Shown here piece after piece: positions 1 through 8,256 of a stretch of DNA of 64,000 bases (its first letter is position 1; every line of letters starts with the position of its first letter). Under the pieces are notes generated by a model. That model ran no database searches. It saw only the letters and a program-made list of their open reading frames with translations, and had not been told where the DNA came from. This stretch comes from Candidatus Pacearchaeota archaeon. Lineage in GTDB: Archaea; Nanobdellota; Nanobdellia; Pacearchaeales; GW2011-AR1. Both the position numbers and the translations under genes were made by a program. Location of the stretch: positions 86,183 to 150,182 of the forward strand of contig JAFCEL010000001.1 in NCBI GenBank assembly GCA_017609205.1, written 5' to 3'.

Positions 1-122
1 TTAATTTTTTTATAATGTTTGGTAAAATATTCAATTCCATCTTTTTTTAAGATGTCTTCAATAGGTTTTACAAATTCATAATAATGCAATTTTTCTTTGC
101 AGATGTTTATTATTAGTATCAT
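1..122 (-). CDS. N-terminal fragment of a gene running off the left edge (class-I glutamine amidotransferase-like N-terminus)
   Basis: Minus-strand ATG at 120-122 overlaps the stop of 119..787 (ATGA). It reads MILIINICKEKLHYYEFVKPIEDILKKDGIEYFTKHYKK... The family guess rests on the N-terminal pattern only. Confidence 0.35.
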   Translation of the reverse strand, partial: MILIINICKEKLHYYEFVKPIEDILKKDGIEYFTKHYKKI

Positions 123-787
123 TTTATTTCAACTTCCATACTCCAAGAATTTCCTTTTCCTATTATCTTTTTATTTTTAATTTCTAATTTTTTATTGAAT
201 AAGGGACAATCAAGAACAAAAGTTTCAAATTCTCCTCCTTCTCCTGCTGGATGTATCAGGAACTTTTTATTTAATTCTTTAATATCTTCTACAAATCGTT
301 TGTTGATTTTTCTTCCAAGCCATGATTCATCAAAAGGATAAGCAAAAACACCTGTGATTATTACCTTAAATTTATTTTTTATTAACTCATTAAGATATTC
401 TAATTCATCTTTTTGCCATAATGGATTAAAACACTCTAAACCAAGTTTATTGCAAATTTTTTGAATTCTCGTCGATTGATATACACTTTCTATGGCTCCA
501 CTAACCACACCTCTGATTCTGTATTTTTGCTTTGCTTTTTTTATTGCTTTTTCTAAATCTTTTAATTCTTCTTCTTTTTTTCCTTTTGTTTTTTGAATGA
601 TTAATGGAATCCCCATAGCATCTGCTTGTTTTTTTGTCTTTTTTATAGAAGGTGTATGAAACATATAACTCTCTTCATTTGCAGAGAATACAGAAATCAA
701 ACAAGATATTTCATAACGTTTTTGTTTTGCTAAATAAGTTGCATAACAGGAATCTTTTCCTCCTGAAAAGAGAACTGCGAGTTTCAT
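119..787 (-). CDS. PP-loop ATPase of the MJ0570/Dph6 (diphthine-ammonia ligase) family
   Basis: N-terminal SGGKDS PP-loop and C-terminal EGGEFETFVLDCPLF signature. Confidence 0.75.
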   Translation of the reverse strand: MKLAVLFSGGKDSCYATYLAKQKRYEISCLISVFSANEESYMFHTPSIKKTKKQADAMGIPLIIQKTKGKKEEELKDLEKAIKKAKQKYRIRGVVSGAIESVYQSTRIQKICNKLGLECFNPLWQKDELEYLNELIKNKFKVIITGVFAYPFDESWLGRKINKRFVEDIKELNKKFLIHPAGEGGEFETFVLDCPLFNKKLEIKNKKIIGKGNSWSMEVEIK

Positions 788-829
788 AGATAAAAAAACA
801 AAAGAGGTTTTTAAGATATTTGCTATTTT

Positions 830-1408
830 TTAAGCAACCCTCTCTAATTGGTTTCTGATTTGCTTAGACCATTCTATGAGTAATTTTTTCATAGAGGTTC
901 TGTAAAGATAATTATATTCTGGTTTGGACATTCGTCTTTCTTCTATTTTGATTTGTAATTGAGCGACATGGTCATGTATAATTCCAGCAATATCCCAAAA
1001 GGGATCTGAATAGTCTGGATCATGAAATCTTGCTGCTTTGCTAATCTTTCTATAAACTGAATCTAAACTTCTTGTTCCATCAACAGGACAAACTTCTGAA
1101 TTTCTCTCATTACTATTGTAAATTCGGAGCTCAGTATCAGACATAGAATTTAATCTCTCTAGATTATTGAAAATTATTTTTCCTAATCGTATATTTCTCT
1201 CTGATTTTTGAACTGATTCAATCTGCTTGTCGAGATAATCTCTAATTCTTCCCATAACTGATAATAAAAAGAGTATTATTAAAAATATTGGTAATTTAGT
1301 ATATAAGTAATCCAAAAATTTAATATAACATATTGCGACTGCTGTTATACGCTCCTGACAGGGACGAAGATTGCAAAGCAATCCAAAAAGTTGGCGAAGG
1401 GACGCCAT
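830..1408 (-). CDS. hypothetical protein, probable N-terminal membrane anchor; start uncertain
   Basis: Long ORF. Its first ~30 codons lie in a G/C-rich, non-coding-looking patch (1325-1410). Likelier starts are TTG at 1315 or ATG at 1255. Confidence 0.45.
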   Translation of the reverse strand: MASLRQLFGLLCNLRPCQERITAVAICYIKFLDYLYTKLPIFLIILFLLSVMGRIRDYLDKQIESVQKSERNIRLGKIIFNNLERLNSMSDTELRIYNSNERNSEVCPVDGTRSLDSVYRKISKAARFHDPDYSDPFWDIAGIIHDHVAQLQIKIEERRMSKPEYNYLYRTSMKKLLIEWSKQIRNQLERVA

Positions 1409-1410
1409 GC

Positions 1411-1791
1411 TTATTTTCTTTTACGTTTGGAATACCAGTTGATAAAAATTATCCAATACATGAACAGCAATGCGACAATACTAATCCAGTATGGTTTTTC
1501 AAAAACTGGTTTTGGTAGTGTATTGAGATATGCTATTACACTTATTGTTACTATTACTGAGAGCATAGCAACAACAATTTTTCGCAGTTTGTCTTTTTCC
1601 ATTTTTGTTACCTCATTTGTTTTACTTTGATATAATTTGTATGCAGCCAATACGGCAAGGAAAACAATAGCCAATCCTGCAGAAATTTTTGGGTCAAGCA
1701 TTGCTGAAAGCAACACGAAGAAAACTGCTAAGATGGCAATTATACCTTCTGTTTTATTACTCATACTCATTTTATATTTATAATCTTTCAT
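1411..1791 (-). CDS. small integral membrane protein
   Basis: Three long hydrophobic segments in the translation and a basic C-terminal tail (SKRKRK). Confidence 0.55.
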   Translation of the reverse strand: MKDYKYKMSMSNKTEGIIAILAVFFVLLSAMLDPKISAGLAIVFLAVLAAYKLYQSKTNEVTKMEKDKLRKIVVAMLSVIVTISVIAYLNTLPKPVFEKPYWISIVALLFMYWIIFINWYSKRKRK

Positions 1792-2365
1792 TTTTCACTG
1801 CATAAATTGTCAAATGTTGTTCTGGTAAAAAATTGAATTCCTTTTCCAACAAATAACCTGCCTCTCCCATTTCTTGAATGATAGTTTCCTTAGGAATATA
1901 GTGTCCAAATAATCCACGGAAAGTGAAAATTTTACCTTTTTTATACTCAATGATAGCAATTCTCCCATCAGGTTTTAAAAATCGTTTTAGTTTCTTAAAA
2001 TACTCTACTCGATTTGGTATGTGATGGGTGACATTACGCATGAATATCAAATCTAAGCTTTTTTCAGGTAAATCTAATTTATCTCGTGATACAAGCGTTG
2101 GTATAACATTATTCAATCCTTTTTCTTTGGCATTGTTTTTAAGATACTCTAAAAATTCTGGCTTTGTATCAATAGCATAAACTCTTCCTCCTTCCCCCAC
2201 CATTTCGGCAAATCGCAGTGAAAAATAACCCCCTCCTGAACCAATATCTGCAATACTTTGACTAGGTTTTAATGCAATAGCTTCTATAATCTGGTCTGGC
2301 TTGTTTTTAGGGTCAGAAGCTTTTTTATTGAATATCTTAGCTTGAAAGTTTGCCATTTTCCTCAT
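1778..2365 (-). CDS. class I SAM-dependent methyltransferase
   Basis: Motif I DIGSGGGYF followed by the acidic loop YAIDT. Confidence 0.8.
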   Translation of the reverse strand: MRKMANFQAKIFNKKASDPKNKPDQIIEAIALKPSQSIADIGSGGGYFSLRFAEMVGEGGRVYAIDTKPEFLEYLKNNAKEKGLNNVIPTLVSRDKLDLPEKSLDLIFMRNVTHHIPNRVEYFKKLKRFLKPDGRIAIIEYKKGKIFTFRGLFGHYIPKETIIQEMGEAGYLLEKEFNFLPEQHLTIYAVKNERL

Positions 2366-2809
2366 TTCATAAATTAATTATTGTTTCTTTTAATATTTTT
2401 TTGTTTCAGGCATCCCGAAGCCGATTGCATAACATCGGGCTTAAAAGACCTGAGCATTGCGAAGGCTCGAAGTGATAAATTTTTTCCTCGAATTTGACCT
2501 TTGGAATGTAGCAAAGCGAAATGACGAGCGGAAAATTCAGAGCTGAAAAAATTTTGAACATTCGAGAGTTTTTCCGTAGGGAAAATTTGGGAAAACTCTG
2601 ACTTTTCCAAAAGATAACAAAGGAGTTTTCTTGTTAAAAGCTGTTCGCCGACCGACAAAGTCGGCACGAACTGACGCTACAGCGTCCTCGTGAATCACCG
2701 ATGAGTGGATGGTGGGTTGTTTGTCTAAAACCCAATGTATTTGAGAAATCGCCTTTTTTGCTTCTTTTTTTAAAAAGAAGATGGGGTTCCACTTTTTTGA
2801 TTTTTCAAA
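2366..2809. repeat. G/C-enriched non-coding island A (member of a 4-copy family)
   Basis: No credible ORF. Contains AATTTGGGAAAA (2584-2595) with a downstream TTTTCC partner, CCTCGTGAAT (2686-2695) and GGATGG (2707-2712). Has a terminal hairpin CTTCTTTTT/AAAAAGAAG followed by GGGGTTCCAC (2783-2792). Confidence 0.6.
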
Positions 2810-3057
2810 TTAATCCTTTCTTAGATATTCTAAACCTTTTTCAGTTATTTTTATCTGGAAATATGGTTTGCCACTTTTAGGATGTTTTTCTTTACTTTCT
2901 ATTTTAAGAAAACCATAAGATTCTAATTCTTTACAATTAGACCTTATAGTATTAAAACCAGTATTAACTTTTCTCTCAAGTTGAGCCAATGTCATAGGCG
3001 AAGATTTTATTAAACCTAAAATCTTCTTTTTATATCAAATGAGCTACGCTTGGACAT
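2810..3057 (-). pseudogene. winged-helix DNA-binding protein split by a 1-nt frameshift in a homopolymer run
   Basis: ATG at 3055-3057 reads MSKRSSFDIK and then stops. Adding one base to the T5 run at 3027-3031 fuses it to KKILGLIKSSPMTLAQLERKV... of ORF 2810..2995, giving an 82-aa wHTH-like protein. Confidence 0.5.
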
Positions 3058-3115
3058 ACTACAATAAAAGAGTAAGTCTTAAATATCCCAACTCATAATA
3101 TTATAGTAAGCTAAA

Positions 3116-4252
3116 ATGTCTCAAAAAGAAAATAAAAAATCAAGAAAGAAATTATGGTTGTGGATACTATCAATTATATTTATTGTTGGAGGAATGAGCA
3201 CTTTATCAGATTCTTTTTTTGCAGGAGTCTTTGCATTTGTGGCGGGTGCAATAATTTGTCCTCCAATTATTAATATTATTAAAGAAAAATCAGAGGGTAA
3301 AGCAAAAACTTGGATATTTGTAACTGCTTTTATTGTCTTAGTGTCTTTTAGTGGAATGGCTCTTCCAAATTCAGAGAATTTTCAAAAGGATATATCCTTG
3401 CCCTCAACAATAAACATTATCTCGGATGTTAACCTAACAATACCTGAAAATACAAAAGAAGCAATCTCTAAAACAGAAGTTTATAGATACTGGAGTAATA
3501 ATATAAATGATGGACAAAAAAAATTAACTCTTCTTCATTATAATAAAGAAAGATATGGAAAATTTCTGGAATATTTAGACTCACAAAATCTTAAAGAAGA
3601 TTTTAAAAGATTGTGTGGTAACGAATTAGTGCCTAAAGACATGCTTGTTTCTAATGAAAGGGGTCTCTTTCTCCATATTGGATTAGATGATGGATTTGCT
3701 GTATGTGACTTTGTTTCTGAAGAAATAACTTCTGAATTTGAAAATCAAGAAAATACAACTCAAAAACAAGCCCAACAAAAATGTATCCCTAATTGGAAAT
3801 GCGGAAAATGGACAATCTGTTCTAACGAAGTTCAAACAAGAATATGCACAGATAAGAATGATTGTGGAACCATTGAAGAAAAACCTATTGAAACCCAAAA
3901 TTGTAAAGATTATGATTTAGAGATGAGTATAGACGAACTATTAAATGAGTTTAGCGGATTAACAAAACTTCAGCAAGAAGAAAAAATTAAAGAATTAAAA
4001 GGTAAAAGAATAAAAACATCAACAACGGCTTATAAAATAGACAAAGCCTCACTTTCTACACAATATGTAGTTATGGATGATGATTATCTCTATCCATCTG
4101 TAAAAGCTTTCTTTCCTGCTGAAGAAAAAGATAAACTTCTAAAAGTAAATATTGGGGATAAGATAACATTCATCGGCGAGTTTGTTACATATAAACAAGG
4201 AACATATGTGCCTAGTTATGTTGAATTTACAAAGTCAAAATTGGTAGGTTAG
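3116..4252 (+). CDS. membrane-anchored protein with an extracellular Cys-rich module
   Basis: N-terminal hydrophobic helices. Contains the motif CIPNWKCGKWTICSNEVQTRICTDKNDCG. Confidence 0.6.
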   Translation: MSQKENKKSRKKLWLWILSIIFIVGGMSTLSDSFFAGVFAFVAGAIICPPIINIIKEKSEGKAKTWIFVTAFIVLVSFSGMALPNSENFQKDISLPSTINIISDVNLTIPENTKEAISKTEVYRYWSNNINDGQKKLTLLHYNKERYGKFLEYLDSQNLKEDFKRLCGNELVPKDMLVSNERGLFLHIGLDDGFAVCDFVSEEITSEFENQENTTQKQAQQKCIPNWKCGKWTICSNEVQTRICTDKNDCGTIEEKPIETQNCKDYDLEMSIDELLNEFSGLTKLQQEEKIKELKGKRIKTSTTAYKIDKASLSTQYVVMDDDYLYPSVKAFFPAEEKDKLLKVNIGDKITFIGEFVTYKQGTYVPSYVEFTKSKLVG

Positions 4253-4259
4253 ATATTAA

Positions 4260-4613
4260 ATGAAATTTGGTATTTCTGAAGAAGATGAGTTAAATATCCT
4301 AAAGGATTGGAGAGATAATTATTCTTATTCAAAAGTCCCTAAAAATCTTCAGAAAAAAGTTAAAGACCAACAGGCAGTAAATTTGTTAATGGAATTTACC
4401 AAAGATTCAGAGATTGATTATCAAAGAATTAGTAATAGGATAAAAGAACTTGAAGATAAAATTCAAAAAGAAAATCAAAAAGAAAAAGAGCAGAGTTTTT
4501 GGTATATTCTCAAAAAAGAATTTAAAGAAAAAGCTGCAAAGGCGATTGTTTGGGTTGTTATGAGTATTATTGGATTTATTCTAGGATTTTTAGTTAGTTA
4601 TTTCTTGAAATAA
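4260..4613 (+). CDS. hypothetical tail-anchored protein
   Basis: Charged coiled-coil-like body and a single C-terminal hydrophobic helix. It lies 7 nt after the upstream gene. Confidence 0.5.
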   Translation: MKFGISEEDELNILKDWRDNYSYSKVPKNLQKKVKDQQAVNLLMEFTKDSEIDYQRISNRIKELEDKIQKENQKEKEQSFWYILKKEFKEKAAKAIVWVVMSIIGFILGFLVSYFLK

Positions 4614-4980
4614 TGGAACCCCCAAAAAGTAATATCCGAAAAATTTGCGTGAGCTTTGTGAACCTCTTAACCTTTATTATACGAAATTTTAATTTCGTGA
4701 GTTTCTCCTAGGTCGGTTAAGAGAAGTAAATCCGAAGGATTTATTTCCCGAACTTTTCCTCGTGAGTGAAGAATGAACGAACAGGGCTGAAAAGTGAGGG
4801 CGTAGCGAACTGCAAGTGAGCAGAGTTTTAATCGCTGTTAGTAGAGTTTTTTCGCAGAAAAAACCGAGCCAGAATGCAATGTCCCGAAGGGCTGGCGAAG
4901 AGTAAAAATCAATTTTCAGGGAGGAATTTATTATCTTGCGTTCGCGATAAATTAATAAGTAAGATTTTCATATTAAAATT
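4614..4980. repeat. G/C-enriched non-coding island B
   Basis: Starts TGGAACCCC, the reverse complement of the island A terminus GGGGTTCCA. Contains CCTCGTGAGT (4758-4767). Hairpins include CGAAATT-tta-AATTTCG, AAATCC-gaa-GGATTT and CTCTTAACC...GGTTAAGAG. Confidence 0.6.
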
Positions 4981-5433
4981 ATGCAATTAAGAAAAGCAAC
5001 AGAACAGGACAAAAAAGAGGCAATAAAAATTGCACAAGATTTGAAAGAATGGTTTAATAAAGAAGGAATTAGAAATATGAAAACCGACTTCAAATTTAAC
5101 AATTTGGTCGTGATGAGAAATAAAGGCAAAGTTTCTGGATTTTTATGCTACACAACTAATTGCGGAAAAATGCAACTTATATGGATGGGTGTTGAAAAAG
5201 ATATGCAACAAAAAGGAATTGGAAAAAAACTTCTGAGATGGCTAGAAAAAGAAGCTAAAAAATATAAGTTGCATTCAATTGAAGTTGAAACTTTGCCTGA
5301 TGAAGATGATTACGAACCATACAAAAAAACTCGAGCTTTTTATTATAAAAATGGTTTCAAAAGAATATTATATAAAAAAGCGAGAGTTAAAGGGTGGGAT
5401 GACCAAATTGTTCTGGAGAAAAGAATAAAGTAA
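4981..5433 (+). CDS. GNAT-family N-acetyltransferase
   Basis: Acetyl-CoA-binding motif QQKGIGKKLLRWLEKEA and a size typical of GNAT proteins. Confidence 0.85.
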   Translation: MQLRKATEQDKKEAIKIAQDLKEWFNKEGIRNMKTDFKFNNLVVMRNKGKVSGFLCYTTNCGKMQLIWMGVEKDMQQKGIGKKLLRWLEKEAKKYKLHSIEVETLPDEDDYEPYKKTRAFYYKNGFKRILYKKARVKGWDDQIVLEKRIK

Positions 5434-5798
5434 GCGAGCTTTATCTTGGGTGGGCAAGAAAATTGATTTTTATTTCTACTAACATATGCGATTAAGCGAC
5501 CCGTAGGGCTCGAGCGGAACGGAGTGACCTCGAGAGTTCAAAATCTTTGATTTTGAATTTGGGAAAATTATGGCTTTTAAGAAAAAAGTGAGCGAATGCT
5601 AAAATAATTTTCCGCTTAATCTGCTGTTGCTTGACCGAACGAAGTGAGGCACGAGCTGGGCTAAAAAAAGCCCCTCGTGAGTTTTAATTTTTCTTTTCAG
5701 GTTGGGGGAGGAGGATGGTTTCTCCGACGACAAAAAAATTAGAGAGATTGCCCGCTCGTTTTTTGCTTCTTCTTTTCTAAAAAAGAAATTTGGGCACT
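5434..5798. repeat. G/C-enriched non-coding island C
   Basis: Contains GCGATTAAG (5488-5496), the CTCGAG-loop-CTCGAG hairpin, AATTTGGGAAAA (5556-5567), CCTCGTGAGT (5673-5682) and GGATGG (5713-5718). Has a terminal hairpin plus TTTGGGCAC. Confidence 0.6.
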
Positions 5799-5810
5799 TT
5801 ATCTTTGTTT
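5783..5810. repeat. left arm of an imperfect inverted repeat flanking the RiPP-like operon
   Basis: AAGAAATTTGGGCACTTTATCTTTGTTT. Its reverse complement matches 8298-8327 (14-nt exact core AAAGATAAAGTGCC, one mismatch, one 4-nt indel, then AAATTTCTT). Confidence 0.55.
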
Positions 5811-6464
5811 TAGATACTCAATACATTTTTTTAAAAGTTTTTCAAAATCTCTTTCTTTTTTCCATTTTTTTGAAATATAATTTCTCAGATTTCTCGTTTG
5901 TAAATATCCGACATCCTTAGCAAACCATAAATCTCTAAACTCCAAATTAAGCAAAACTGTTAAAGATTCATTAAGAAAGTTAAATTTGTCATCACCAAGG
6001 AGCCCCCTTAATCTATTCCCATAAGAATTATCAACATGAATATGAAACAACTCATGCCCACAAGTTCTTACTGCCTGTAGCAAAGGACGTTTCAATGAAA
6101 CTGTAAAAGAATTATCTTCATAATAAGCACATCTCCCAACAGTAGTAATGTAAGCGTCAAAATTTTCTAAAGAAATTTGCTTATTTGTAATCTTTTCTAA
6201 CCTATTAAAATACTCATCATTAATACTTTTCCAAGATTTATCCAAAGACTCTCTAAAAAATTCTATGTATGGGGATACATGCAATCTTTCTAAATTTTCC
6301 AATATTTCTCTTTTTGAATCCAAAAAAGATTTTCCTTTAAATGCCCGTATATAATTTGAGTTTAAATCTGTCTTCTCATCTTTCCAAGAACATTCATAAT
6401 TACATAATTGCCAAAAATTTAATGCATCTCTTTCCTTATCAAATTTAAAATTAAGCTTGCTCAT
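5799..6464 (-). CDS. HExxH-motif protein, putative zinc metallopeptidase
   Basis: CGHELFHIH motif. Last gene of the four-gene overlapping operon. Confidence 0.55.
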   Translation of the reverse strand: MSKLNFKFDKERDALNFWQLCNYECSWKDEKTDLNSNYIRAFKGKSFLDSKREILENLERLHVSPYIEFFRESLDKSWKSINDEYFNRLEKITNKQISLENFDAYITTVGRCAYYEDNSFTVSLKRPLLQAVRTCGHELFHIHVDNSYGNRLRGLLGDDKFNFLNESLTVLLNLEFRDLWFAKDVGYLQTRNLRNYISKKWKKERDFEKLLKKCIEYLKQR

Positions 6465-6984
6465 TTTTTAAAATTAAGAATATTAAATTATGTTTATGTG
6501 GAAGAAGATTTGAATGTTCTTCTATTTCTGTTTCACCTTGTAATTCTTTTTCTAATTTCCACCCTTCGTAAAAAGATAATATTTCTTCTTTTGTGGGAAA
6601 AAATTTCCCCTTACTTTTCATGCTATCTAAATTAGACATACAAATAATAAGGTTATATCCTCCATGTGAAGTTGAAGTTTTCATCTTTTCAAATAATTTG
6701 TGAATTTTATCTTTGTTGAAAAAATGCAAGATTAAAGAGGCAATTATTAAATCATTATCTTTTCCAAAATCTTCTGTTGTTATATCCCCCGATATAAATT
6801 CAAAATTTTTAAAGGCACCATCTTCAAAAGCATTCCTTTTATCAATTCCTTTCGCACTTATTCCTTTTCTGCTAAAAAATAAAGACATTAAACCTTTTCC
6901 GCATCCTAGATCCAAGACCTTTTTCAATTCTTTATTTTGAAAAAAATTCAAAAATTCACTTTTACTTTGTTTTATGTTTATCAT
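6451..6984 (-). CDS. class I SAM-dependent methyltransferase
   Basis: Motif I VLDLGCGKGLMS. Overlaps both neighbours. Confidence 0.75.
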   Translation of the reverse strand: MINIKQSKSEFLNFFQNKELKKVLDLGCGKGLMSLFFSRKGISAKGIDKRNAFEDGAFKNFEFISGDITTEDFGKDNDLIIASLILHFFNKDKIHKLFEKMKTSTSHGGYNLIICMSNLDSMKSKGKFFPTKEEILSFYEGWKLEKELQGETEIEEHSNLLPHKHNLIFLILKNEQA

Positions 6985-8065
6985 TTTCTAGATATTCCTT
7001 AAAGCACATTGGGTCTTTTGTCATATAATCCCTTGTTATTGCATAAGCTACTGCTCTGCATCCTCTGCAATGAACAACTTTGTCACATAAAGATTTTTCC
7101 CTTATTTTATTTAAATCTCTTAAATCTTGCATAACTTCACTTTCTAAAACTAAATTTCTAAAGCCTTCTTTAATGTTTCCTATAGGAATTGGGAGTCTTC
7201 TGCAAGGATACACTGTTCCATCAGAAAGAACGGAAAGCATTCTAAATCCTGCAGAACATCCACATAAATAAGTATTATTCTCTTTTGATTTTTTGATTAA
7301 ATCATTTTCTCCGTTTTGAAAAATTTGCCATAAAACATCGGATTGCAAAACAGTTATTTTTCCTTTATATTTTTCTACTAAACTATTTGTCTTTTTTAAC
7401 ATTTCATAAACCTCAAAGGAATTGACAAATTTAGGATCTTTCGCTCCCAATTTAGAATCTGGGACATAAGTTTTGAATCCGACTTTTTTAGCACCTGCAA
7501 GATAAGAGTTTTCAATTACTTCTTCAAATTCATCCATGTTTTGCTTCATTAAAGTCATTGCAGAAACAACAGAAATTCCTTCTCTTGAGGCATTACTTAT
7601 TCCTTCCATTGCTTTATCATAAGCGAATTTTCTTCCTCTTATTTTATTGTGAGTTTCTTTTGTTCCATCAATAGAAATTTGAATAGTATCAATTCCTCTC
7701 TCTTTAATTTCTTTTGCTTTTATAGGAGTAATTAATGTTCCATTTGTTAATAAATTAGTAATAACTTCTTGTTTTTGAGTATAATCAAAAATTTTTAGAT
7801 GATCCTTTCTCATTAAAGGTTCTCCCCCTGAGATTGCTATCCTTGGAATCATATCCCATCTTTCTGCAGTTTCTTTTAAATCATCTATCATTGAGAAAAC
7901 ATCTTCTAAACCCATAGGCTCTTTAAACTGTTTGTGGAATGAATTTCCTTCAGAACTATGATAACAATGAGAACACCTTAAATTACACCAATCTGTTGAG
8001 TCCCACTGCAAATAAAGATGTCTTTTTGCCATTTGTTGAAGAGGCAAATTTAATCTAAAAAACAA
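6962..8065 (-). CDS. radical SAM enzyme with C-terminal SPASM-type Cys cluster
   Basis: CNLRCSHCY (CX3CX2C) near the N-terminus. C-terminal CGCSAGF...DGTVYPC...GNI...CDKVVHCRGC...DPMC. The start may be the internal MAKRH at 8029. Confidence 0.9.
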   Translation of the reverse strand: MFFRLNLPLQQMAKRHLYLQWDSTDWCNLRCSHCYHSSEGNSFHKQFKEPMGLEDVFSMIDDLKETAERWDMIPRIAISGGEPLMRKDHLKIFDYTQKQEVITNLLTNGTLITPIKAKEIKERGIDTIQISIDGTKETHNKIRGRKFAYDKAMEGISNASREGISVVSAMTLMKQNMDEFEEVIENSYLAGAKKVGFKTYVPDSKLGAKDPKFVNSFEVYEMLKKTNSLVEKYKGKITVLQSDVLWQIFQNGENDLIKKSKENNTYLCGCSAGFRMLSVLSDGTVYPCRRLPIPIGNIKEGFRNLVLESEVMQDLRDLNKIREKSLCDKVVHCRGCRAVAYAITRDYMTKDPMCFKEYLENDKHKTK

Positions 8066-8256
8066 CCATCATCTGATGCACAAGCATCAGGACCACAAGC
8101 ATCACAAGGATCACAGTGATACTTATCTTTAGAAAGGTTGTATTTTTTCACCTCATCTCTTGGACCGTACTCTCTTACCTGATAAGGTAGGGGAGTCATA
8201 CCACTCAAAAAATCTACTTCTTTTGCTGTTAGCTCAAGTTTGTTTGATTTTTCCAT
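8050..8256 (-). CDS. candidate RiPP precursor peptide (68 aa)
   Basis: C-terminal HCDPCDACGPDACASDDGCFLD (5 Cys, 6 Asp) after a charged leader-like region. Its stop overlaps the radical SAM ORF. Confidence 0.6.
   Translation of the reverse strand: MEKSNKLELTAKEVDFLSGMTPLPYQVREYGPRDEVKKYNLSKDKYHCDPCDACGPDACASDDGCFLD

Noticed and set aside
2374-2667. 97-aa minus-strand ORF inside island A, and similarly 5702..5920 in island C
   Set aside because: The translations are low-complexity and nonsensical. 5702..5920 also begins at a non-ATG codon and overlaps the 3' end of the real gene 5799..6464. Both lie wholly in hairpin-rich repeat sequence, and homologous islands do not preserve any reading frame (indels are not multiples of three).
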